Shown: positions 53,801 to 64,000 of the stretch, piece by piece
Numbering within the stretch: position 1 is the stretch's first letter
How the letters are laid out: each line of letters begins with the position of its first letter
From: Eledone cirrhosa
Lineage: Eukaryota
Assembly (NCBI GenBank): GCA_964016885.1
Contig: OZ024744.1
Span: 11,036,001 to 11,100,000, forward strand
Length of the DNA: 64,000 bases
Direction: 5' to 3'
The notes under the pieces: model-generated
What the model was told of the DNA's origin: nothing
Database searches by the model: none
What the model saw: the letters and a program-made list of their open reading frames with translations, nothing else
Position numbers and translations under genes: made by a program

Positions 53801-56800
53801 CAATATGCTGTGTTGTTGTACTCCAATATGTTGTGTTGTTGTACTCCAATATGTTGTGTTGTTGTACTCCAATATCTTGTGTTCTTATACTCCAATATGT
53901 TGTGTTGTTATACTCCAATATGTTGTGTTGTTGTACTCCAATATGTTGTGCTGTTGTACTCCAATATGATGTGCTGTTGTACTCCAATATGTTGTGTTGT
54001 TGTACTCCAATGTGTTGTGTTGTTGTACTCCAATATGTTGTGCCGTTGTACTCCAATATTTTTTTGTTTTTGTACTCCAAAATGTTGTGTTGTTATACTC
54101 CAATATGTTGTGTTGGTGTACTCCAATATGGTGTGCTGTTGTACTCCAAATCTCGTGTTGTTATACTCCAATGTGTTGTGTTGTTATACTCCAATATGGT
54201 GTGTTGTTGAACTCCAATATGTTGTATTGTTTTTCTCCAATATGTCATGTTATACTCCAATATGTCGTGTTGCTGTACTCCAATATGTCATGCTGTTGTA
54301 CTCCAATATGTTTTGCTGTTGTACTCCACCGTGTTGTGTTGTTGAACTCCAATACGTTGTGTTGTTGTTCTCCAATATTTTGTGCTGTTGTACTCCAATT
54401 TGTGTTGTTGTACTCCAATATGTTGTGTTGTTGTACTCCAATATGTTGTGTTGTTGTACTCCAATATGTTGTGTTGTTATACTCCAATATGTTGTGTTGT
54501 TGTACTCCAATATGTTGTGTTGTTGTACTCCAATATGTTGTGTTGTTTTACTCCAATATGTTGTGCTGTTGTACTCCAATATTTCGTGTTGTTGTACTCC
54601 AATACGTCGTGTTGTTGTACTCCAATATGTTTTGATGTTGTACTCAAATATGTTGTGCTGTTGTACTCCAATATGTTTTGATGTTGTACTCCAATATGTT
54701 GTGTTGTACTCCAATCTGTTGTGTAGTCGTACTCCAATATGTTGTGTTGTTGTACTCCAATATGCTGTGATGTTGTACTCCAATATGATGTGATGTTGTA
54801 CTCCAATGCGTTGTGTTGTTGTACTCCAATGTGATGTGTTGTTGTACTCCAATATGTTGTGCCGTTGTACTCCAATATTTTTTATATTTGTACTCCAATA
54901 TGTTGTGTTGTTATACTCCAATATGTTGTGTTGTTATACTCAAATATGTTGTGCTGTTGTACTCCAAATCTCGTGTTGTTATACTCCAATGTGTTGTGTT
55001 GTTATACTCCAATATGGTGTGTTGTTGTAGTCCAATATGTTGTATTGTTTTTTTCCAATATGTCATGTTATACTCCAATATGTTGTGTTCGTGTACTCCA
55101 ATATGCTGTGTTATTGTACTCCAATATGTTGCGTTGTTGTACTCCAATATGTCTTGTTATACTCCAATATGTCGTGTGGCTGTACTCCAATATGTCATGT
55201 TGTTGTACTCCAATATGTCTTGTTATAGTCCAATATGTCGTGTTGTTGTACTCCAATATGTCATGTAGTTGTATTCCAATATTTCGTGTTGTTGTACCCC
55301 AATATGTCGTGTTGTTTATACTCCAATATGTTTTGCTGTTGTACTCCAATATGTTGTGTTGCTGTATTCCAATATGTTGTGTTGTTATTCTCCAATATGT
55401 TGTGCTGTTGTACTCCAATGTGTTATGTTGTTATACTCCAATATGTTGTGCTGTGCTACTCCAATATATTGTGTTGTTGTACTCCAATGTGTTGTGTTGT
55501 TATACTCCAATATGTTGTGTTGATTTACTCCAATATGTTGTGTTGTTGTACTCCAATCTGTTGTGTTGTTATACTCCAATATGTTGTGTTGTTATACTCC
55601 AATATGTTGTGTTGTTTTACTCCAATATGTTGTGTTGTTGTACTCCAATATGTTGTGTTGTTGTACTCCAATATGTTGTGTTGTTGTAATCCAATATCTT
55701 GTGTTGTTATACTCCAATATGTTGTGTTGTTGTACTCCAATATGTTGTGTTGTTATACTCCAATATGTTGTGTTGTGATACTCCAATATGTTGTGCTGTT
55801 GTACTCCAATATGTTGTGTTGTTATACTCCAATATGTTGTGTTGTTTTACTCCAATATGTTGTGTTGTTGTACTCCAATATGTTGTATGGTGTTCTCCAA
55901 TATGTCATGTTATACTCCAATAAGTTGTGTTCTTGTACTCCAATATGTTGTGTTGTTGTACTCCAATATATCATGTTGTCGTACTCCAATATGTCATGTT
56001 ATACTCCAATATGTCGTTGTTATACTCCAATATGTCATGTTGTTGTACTCCAATATGTCGTATTGTTATACTCCAATATGTTTTGATGTTGTACTCCAAT
56101 ATGTTGTGTAGTCGTACTCCAATATGTTGTATTGTTATACTCCATTATGTTGTGCTGTTGTACTCCAATATGTTCTGTTGTTGTACTCCAATATATTGTG
56201 TTGTTGTACTCCAATATGTCGTGTTGTTGTACTCCAATATGTCGTGTTGTTGTACTCCAATATGTTGTGTTGTTGTACTCCAATATGTTGTGTTGTTGTA
56301 CTCCAATATGTTGTATTGTTATACTCCAATATGTTATGTTGTTGTACTCCAATATGTCATGTTGTTGTACTCCAATATGTTTTGATGTTGTACTCCAATA
56401 TGTTGTGTTGTTGTACTCCAATATGTTTTGATGTTGTACTCCAATATGTTGTGTTGTTGTACTCCAATATGCTGTGTAGTCGTACTCCAATATGTTGTGT
56501 TGTTGTACTCCAATATGCTGTGATGTTGTACTCCAATATGATGTGCTGTTGTACTCCAATGCGTTGTGTTGTTGTACTCCAATATGTTGTGTTGTTATAC
56601 TCCAATATGTTGTGTTGTTGTACTCCAATATGTTGTGTTGTTGTACTCCAATATGTTGTGTTGTTGTACTCCAATATGTTGTGTTGTTATACTCCAATAT
56701 GTTGTGCTGTTGTACTCCAATATGTTGAGTTGTTATACTCCAATATGTAGTGTTGTTATACTCCAATATGTTGTGTTGTTGTACTCCAATCTGTTGCGTT

Positions 56801-58073
56801 ATACTCCAATATGTTGTGTTGTTATACTCCAATATGTTGTGTTGTTATACTCCAATATGTTGTGTTGTTTTACTCCAATATGTTGTATTGTTGATCTCCA
56901 ATATGTCATATTATACTCCAATAAGTTGTGTTCTTGTACTCCAATATGTGTTGTTGTTGTACTCCAATATGTTGCGTTGTTGTACTCCAATATATCATGT
57001 TGTCGTACTCCAATATGTCATGTTATACTCCAATATGTTTTGATGCTGTACTCCAATATGTTGTGTTGTTGTACTACAATATGTTGTGTTGTTGTACTCC
57101 AATATGTTGTGTTGTTATACTCCAATATGGTGTGCTGTTGTACTCCAATATGTTGTGTTGTTATACTCCAATATGTAGTGTTGTTATACTCCAATATGTT
57201 GTGTTGTTGTACTCCAATCTGTTGTGTTGTTATACTCCAATATATTGTGTTGTTATACTCCAATATGTTGTGTTGTTTTACTCCAATATGTTGTGTTGTT
57301 GTACTCCAATATGTTGTGTTCTTGTACTCCAATATGTCGTGTTGTCGTACTCCAATATGTTGTGTTGTTGTACTCCAATATGTTGTGCTGTTGTACTCCA
57401 ATATGTTGTGTTGTTGTACTCCAATATGTTGTGTTGTTATACTCCAATATGTTGTGCTGTTGTACTCCAATATTTCGTGTTGTTGTACTCCAATACGTCG
57501 TGTTGTACTCCAATATGTTGTGTTGTTATACTCCAATATGTTATGTTGTTGTACTCCAATGTGTCTTGTTGTTGTACTGCAATATGTTTTGATGTTGTAC
57601 TCCAATATGTTTTGTTGTTATTCTCCAATATGTTGTGATGTTGTACTCCAATGTGTTGTGTTGTTGTACTCCAATGTGATGTGTTGTTGTACTCCAATAT
57701 GTTGTGCTGTTGTACTCCAATATTTTTTGTTTTTTGTACTCCAATATGTTGTGTTGTTATACACCAATATGTTGTGTTGTTATACTCCAATATGGTGTGT
57801 TGTTGTACTCCAATATGTTGTATTGTTTTCTCCAATATGTCATGGTATACTCCAATATGGTGTGTTCGTGTACTCCAATATGTTGTGTTATTGTACTCCA
57901 ATATGTTGCGTTGTTGTACTCCAATATGTTGTGTTGTTATACTCCAATATGTCGTGTGGCTGTACTCCAATATGTCATGTTGTTGTACTCCAATATGTCT
58001 TGTTATAGTCCAATATGTCGTGTTGTTGTACTCCAATATATCATGTAGTTGTACTCCAATATTTCGTGTTGTT
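40404..58073 (+). repeat. Recent tandem duplication, ~8.7-9.0 kb unit (copy 1 ~40404-49089, copy 2 ~49090-58073)
   Basis: ORF offsets are 8686 (40604/49290, 43233/51919), 8732 (41862/50594), 8984 (44901/53885) and 8983 (48721/57704). Private shared variants are the 25-mer GTCGTGTTGTTGTGTAC (~44636/53321), TACTCCATTATG (~47155/56138), GTCATGGTATAC (~48856/57839) and loss of the AAAAGGCCAT monomer. Confidence 0.93.
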
Positions 58074-59839
58074 GTACCCCAATATGTAGTGTTGTTTATA
58101 CTCCAATATGTTTTGCTGTTGTACTCCAATATGTTGTGTTGCTGTACTCCTATATGTTGTGTTGTTATTCTCCAATATGTTGTGCTGTTGTACTCCAATG
58201 TGTTGTGTTGTTATACTCCAATGTGTTGTGTTGTTATACTCCAATATGTTGTGTTGTTGTAGTCCAATATGTTGTGTTGTTATACTCCAATATTTCGTGT
58301 GGTTGTACTCCAATATGTCATGGTGTTGTACTTCAATATGTCGTGTTGTTGTACTCCAATATGTTGTCTTGTTGTACTCCAATCTGTTGTATTGTTGTAC
58401 TTCAATATGTTCTGTTCATGTACTCCAATATATTGTGTTGTTGTACTCCAATATGTTGTGTTGTTGTACTCCAATATGCTGTGTTGTTGTACTCCAATAT
58501 GTTGTGCTTTTGTACTCCAATATGTTTTGCTGTTGTACTCCACTGTGTTGTGTTGTTGAACTCCAATATGTTGTGTTGTTGTTCTCCAATATTTTGTGCT
58601 GTTGTACTCCAATGTGTTGTGTTGTTATACTCCAATATGTTGTGTTGTGATACTCCTATGTGTTGTGTTGTTGTACTCCAATATGTTGTGTTGTTGTACT
58701 CCAATATGTTGTGTTGTTATACACCAATGTGGTGTGCTGTTGTAATCCAATATGTTATGTTGTACTCCAATATGTTGTGTTGTTATACTCCAATATGTAG
58801 TGTTGTTATACTCCAATATGTTGTGTTGTTGTACTCCAATCTGTTGTGTTATACTCCAATATGTTGTGTTGTTATACTCCAATATGTTGTGTTGTTATAC
58901 TCCAATATGGTGTGTTGTTGTACTCCAATATGTTGTATTGTTTTCTCCAATATGTCATGTTATACTCCAATATGGTGTGTTCGTGTACTCCAATATGTTG
59001 TGTTATTGTACTCCAATATGTTGCGTTGTTGTACTCCAATATGTTGTGTTGTTATACTCCAATATGTCGTGTGGCTGTATTCCAATATGTCATGTTGTTG
59101 TACTCCAATATGTCTTGTTATAGTCCAATATGTCGTGTTGTTGTACTCCAATATATCATGTAGTTGTACTCCAATATTTCGTGTTGTTGTACCCCAATAT
59201 GTAGTGTTGTTTATACTCCAATATGTTTTGCTGTTGTACTCCAATATGTTGTGTTGCTGTACTCCTATATGTTGTGTTGTTATTCTCCAATATGTTGTGC
59301 TGTTGTACTCCAATGTGTTGTGTTGTTATACTCCAATGTGTTGTGTTGTTATACTCCAATATGTTGTGTTGTTGTAGTCCAATATGTTGTGTTGTCGTAC
59401 TCCAATATGTTGTGTTGTTATACTCCAATATTTCGTGTGGTTGTACTCCAATATGTCATGGTGTTGTACTTCAATATGTCGTGTTGTTGTACTCCAATAT
59501 GTTGTCTTGTTGTACTCCAATCTGTTGTATTGTTGTACTTCAATATGTTCTGTTGTTGTACTCCAATATATTGTGTTGTTGTACTCCAATATGTTGTGTT
59601 GTTGTACTCCAATATGCTGTGTTGTTGTACTCCAATATGTTGTGTTGTTGTACTCCAATATGTTGTGTTGTTGTACTCCAATATCTTGTGTTCTTATACT
59701 CCAATATGTTGTGTTGTTATACTCCAATATGTTGTGTTGTTGTACTCCAATATGTTGTGCTGTTGTACTCCAATATGATGTGCTGTTGTACTCCAATATG
59801 TTGTGTTGTTGTACTCCAATGTGTTGTGTTGTTATACTC

Positions 59840-62800
59840 CAATATGGTGTGTTGTTGAACTCCAATATGTTGTATTGTTTTTCTCCAATATGTCATGTTA
59901 TACTCCAATATGTTGTGTTCGTGTACTCCAATATGTTGTGTTATTGTACTCCAATATGTTGCGTTGTTGTACTCCAATATGTTGTGTTGTTATACTCCAA
60001 TATGTTGTGTTGTTGTACTCCAATATGTCATGTTGTTGTACTCCAGTATGTCTTGTTATACTCCAATATGTCGTGTTGCTGTACTCCAATATGTCATGCT
60101 GTTGTACTCCAATATTTCGTGTCGTTGTACGCCAATATGTTGTGCTTTTGTACTCCAATATGTTTTGCTGTTGTACTCCACTGTGTTGTGTTGTTGAACT
60201 CCAATATGTTGTGTTGTTGTTCTCCAATATTTTGTGCTGTTGTACTCCAATGTGTTGTGTTGTTATACTCCAATATGTTGTGTTGTGATACTCCAATGTG
60301 TTGTGTTGTTGTACTCCAATATGTTGTGTTGTTGTACTCCAATATGTTGTGTTGTTATACACCAATGTGGTGTGCTGTTGTAATCCAATATGTTATGTTG
60401 TACTCCAATATGTTGTGTTGTTATACTCCAATATGTAGTGTTGTTATACTCCAATATGTTGTGTTGTTGTACTCCAATATGTTGTGTTATACTCCAATAT
60501 GTTGTGTTGTTGTACTCCAATATGTTGTATTGTTGTTCTCCAATATGTCATGCTATACTCCAATAAGTTGTGTTCTTGTACTCCAATATGTTTTGTTGTT
60601 GTACTCCAATATGTTGTGTTGTTGTACTCCAATATATCATGTTGTCGTACTCCAATATGTCATGTTATACTCCAATATGTCGTTGTTATACTCCAATATG
60701 TCATGTTGCTGTACTCCAGCATGTCGTGTTGTAGTACTCCAATATGTTTTGATGTTGTACTCCAATATGTTGTGTTGTTGTACTCCAATATGTTGTGTTG
60801 TTGTACTCCAATATGTTGTGTTGTTATACTCCAATATGTTGTGCTGTTGTACTCCAATATGTCATGTTGTTGTACTCCGATATTTCGTGTTGTTCTACTC
60901 CAATATTTCGTGTTGTTGTACTCCAATATCTCGTGGTGTTGTACTCCAATATGTTTTGATGTTGTACTCCAATATGTCGTGTTGTTGTACTCCAATATGT
61001 TGTGTTGTTGTACTCCAATATGCTGTGTTGTTATACTCCTATATGTTGAGCTGTTGTACTTCAATATGTTGTGTTCTACTCCAATATGTTGTGTTGTTCT
61101 ACTCCAATATGTTGTGTTGTTGTACTCCAATATGTTGTGTTGTTGTACTCCAATATGTGATGTTGTTGTACTCCAATATGTCGTATTGTTGTACTCCAAT
61201 ATATTGTGTTGTTATACTCCAATATTTCGTGTTGTTTTAGTCCAATATGTCATGTTGTTTTACTCCAATATTTCGTGTTGTTGTACTCCAATATGTCATG
61301 GTGTTGTACTTCAATATGTCGTATTGTTGTACTCCAATATGTTGTGTTGTTGTTCTCCAATATGTCGTGTTGTTATACTCCAATATGTTATGATGTTGTA
61401 CTCCAATATATTGTGTTGTTGTACTCCAATATGTTGTGTTGCTGTACTCCAATATGTTGTGTCGTTGTACTCCAATATGTTGTGTTGTTGTACTCCAATA
61501 TGTTGTGCTGTTGTACTCCAATATGTTGTTGTACTCCAATATGCCATGTTGTTATACTCCAATATGTCGTGGTGTTGTACTCCAATATGTCATGTTGTTG
61601 TACTCCAATATTTCGTGTTGTTGTACTCCAATATGTCATAGGGGTTGTACTCCAATATGGTGTGTTGTTGTACTCCAATATGCTGTGTTGCTATACTCCA
61701 ATAGGTTGTGTTGTTGTACTCCAATATGCTGTGTTGGCTGTGCTCCAATACGTTGTGTTGTTGTACTCCAATATGTTGTGCTGCTGTACTCCAATATGTT
61801 GTGTTGTTGTACTCCAATATGTTGTGTTGTTGTACTCCAATCTATATCGCTGTTGTACTCCAATATGTTGTGTTGTTGTACTCCAATATGTTGTGTTGTT
61901 GTACTCCAAAATATTGTGTTGTTATACTCCAATATGTTGTGTTGTTATACTCCAATATGTTGTGCTGTTATACTCCTATATGTTGTGTTGTTGTACTCCA
62001 ATATGTTGTGCTGTTATACTCCAATATTTTGTGTTGTTATACTCCAATATGTGGTATTGTTGTACTCCAATATGTTGTGCTGTTGTACTCCAATATGTTG
62101 TGTTGTTATACTCCAACATGTTGTGTTGTTATACTCCAATATGTTGTGTTGTTATACTCGAATATTTTGTGTTGTTATACTCGAATATCTTGTGTTGTTA
62201 TACTCGAATATGTTGTGCTGTTGTACTCCAATATGTCGTGTTGTTGTACTCCAATATATCATGTAGTTGTACTCCAATATTTCGTGTTGTTGTACCCCAA
62301 TATGTAGTGTTGTTTATACTCCAATATGTTTTGCTGTTGTACTCCAATATGATGTGCTGTTGTACTCCAATATGTTGTATTGTTGTTCTCCAATATGTCA
62401 TGTTATACTCCAATAAGTTGTGTTCTTGTACTCCAATATGTTGTGTTGTTGTACTCCAATATATCATGTTGTCGTACTCCAATATGTCATGTTATACTCC
62501 AATATGTCATTGTTGTACTCCAATATGTCGTGTTGTTGTACTCCAATATGTCGTGTTGTTGTACTCCAATATGCTGTGTTGTTATACTCCAATATGTTGT
62601 GTTGTTGTACTCCAATATGTTGTGTTGTTATACTCCAATATGTTGTGTTGTTGTACTCCAATATGTCATGTTGTTGTACTCCAATATGTTGCGTTGTTGT
62701 ACTCCAATATATCATGTTGTCGTACTCCAATATGTTTTGATGTTGTACTCCAATATGTTGTGTTGTTGTACTCCAATATGTTGTGTAGTCGTACTCCAAT

Positions 62801-64000
62801 ATGTTGTGTTGTTGTACTCCAATATGCTGTGATGTTGTACTCCAATATGATGTGCTGTTGTACTCCAATGCGTTGTGTTGTTGTACTCCAATATGCTGTG
62901 TTGTTATACTCCAATATGTTGTGTTGTTATACTCCAATCTGTTGTGTTGTTATACTCCAATATATTGTGTTGTTATACTCCAATATGTTGTGTTGTTTTA
63001 CTCCAATATGTTGTGTTGTTGTACTCCAATATCTTGTATTGTTGTTCTCCAATATGTCATGTTATACTCCAATAAGTTGTGTTCTTGTACTCCAATATGT
63101 TGTGTTGTTGTACTCCAATATGTTGTGTTGTTGTACTCCAATATATCATGTTGTCGTACTCCAATATGTCATGTTATACTCCAATGTGTCATTGTTGTAC
63201 TCCAATATGTCGTGTTGTTGCACTCCAATATGTCGTGTTGTTGTACTCCAATATGTTGTGTTGTTGTACTCCAATATGTTGTGTTGTTGTACTCCAATAT
63301 GTTGTGTTGTTATACTCCAATATGTTATGTTGTTGTACTCCAATATGTCATGTTGTTGTACTCCAATATGTTTTGATGTTGTACTCCAATATGTCGTGTT
63401 GTTATACTCCAATATGTTATGATGTTGTACTCCAATATATTGTGTTGTTGTACTCCAATATGTTGTGTTGCTGTACTCCAATATGTTGTGTCGTTGTACT
63501 CCAATACGTTGTGTTGTTGTACTCCAATATGTTGTGTTGTTGTACTCCAATATGTTGTTGTACTCCAATATGCCATGTTGTCGTACTCCAATATTTCGTG
63601 TTGTTGTACTCCAATATGTCATGGTGTTGTACTCCAATATGTTGTGTTGTTGTACTCCAATATGTTGTGTTGTTGTACTCCAATATGTTGTGTTGTTGTA
63701 CTCCAATATGTTGTGTTGTTGTACTCCAATATGTTGTGTTGTTGTACTCCAATATGTCATGTTGTTATACTCCAATATGTGGTGGTGTTGTACTCCAATA
63801 TGTCATGTTGTTGTACTCCAATATTTCGTGTTGTTGTACTCCAATATGTCATAGGGGTTGTACTCCAATATGCTGTGTTGCTGTACTCCAATAGGTTGTG
63901 TTGTTGTACTCCAATATGCTGTGTTGGCTGTGCTCCAATACGTTGTGTTGTTGTACTCCAATATTTTGTGCTGCTGTACTCCAATATGTTGCGTTGTTGT
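59840..64000 (+). repeat. Dispersed copy of the ~23760-28080 block (offset ~35.8-36.1 kb)
   Basis: ORF offsets are 36077 (23821/59898), 35827 (24657/60484, 25379/61206) and 35804 (26394/62198, 27275/63079). Shared markers are ATCTCGTGGTG, ATAGGGG (25811/61638, 27932/63851) and the triple CTCGAA. Confidence 0.9.

Larger units (their letters stand above)
1..64000 (+). repeat. Tandem satellite array, 23-bp monomer (consensus GTTGTGTTGTTGTACTCCAATAT), head-to-tail, running off both window edges
   Basis: The motif TACTCCAATAT recurs about every 23 bp from first base to last. Pure consensus runs are visible, e.g. 40826-40986. Minor length variants (18, 20, 21, 22, 24, 25 bp) come from indels, mostly in the GTT segment. 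The + strand is T/G-rich throughout (consensus 11 T, 5 G, 4 A, 3 C), and I saw no reverse-orientation monomers. Confidence 0.99.

Noticed and set aside
44-63984. Hundreds of overlapping ORFs on both strands (Cys/Val/Leu/Tyr-rich on +, Thr/Gln/Asn/His-rich on -), up to 738 aa
   Set aside because: All are cyclic permutations of the translation of the 23-bp unit, open in all frames at once. They switch frame at 20/21/22/24-bp variants and have no unique domain. They are not annotated as CDS, and the resemblance to metallothionein, keratin-associated or membrane proteins is compositional only.
1-64000. CRISPR-like alternation of a constant 11-bp core and a variable 12-bp 'spacer'
   Set aside because: The variable parts are point variants of one sequence rather than unique spacers. 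Both parts are far shorter than CRISPR repeats and spacers, and there is no leader or cas gene.
1-64000. Direct telomerase-synthesised tract or rolling-circle/amplification artefact
   Set aside because: Variants are inherited in long ordered blocks across multi-kb duplications with nested divergence levels. That implies genomic duplication over time, not repeated copying of one short template or random sequencing error.
1-64000. CCAAT boxes and TATA-like TTATAC/TATACT motifs as promoters
   Set aside because: They are intrinsic parts of the monomer, repeated thousands of times, with no downstream gene. There is no evidence of promoter function.
1-64000. Fungal RIP signature (frequent TG>TA variants such as TTGTAC>TTATAC)
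   Set aside because: Every G in the consensus follows a T, so any G>A change looks like RIP. The array remains very TG-rich and recent duplicates are nearly identical, which active RIP would not allow.

Overview
The whole 64 kb window is one uninterrupted, single-orientation tandem satellite. Its 23-bp monomer has the + strand consensus GTTGTGTTGTTGTACTCCAATAT (8/23 GC, about 2,800 copies). I see no unique sequence, transposon insertion, inversion, RNA gene or credible protein-coding gene. The hundreds of ORFs are artefacts: the consensus has no stop codon on either strand and 23 is not divisible by 3, so all frames give permutations of the same 23-aa repeat. The informative signal is the order of variant monomers. 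It shows nested higher-order structure (0.3-0.4 kb, ~2.2 kb, ~3.8 kb, ~7.7 kb, ~8.7-9 kb and ~11-13 kb duplications, plus a ~36 kb dispersed copy), a conserved 11-bp core alternating with a variable 12-bp GT segment, a CG/TG/CA variant triad suggesting methyl-CpG decay, a short templated insertion, and left and right sub-domains with private variants. It is most likely eukaryotic heterochromatic, (peri)centromeric or subtelomeric satellite DNA. I cannot identify the organism or family from the sequence alone. Block boundaries were read by eye and from offsets between matching ORFs, so they are approximate.
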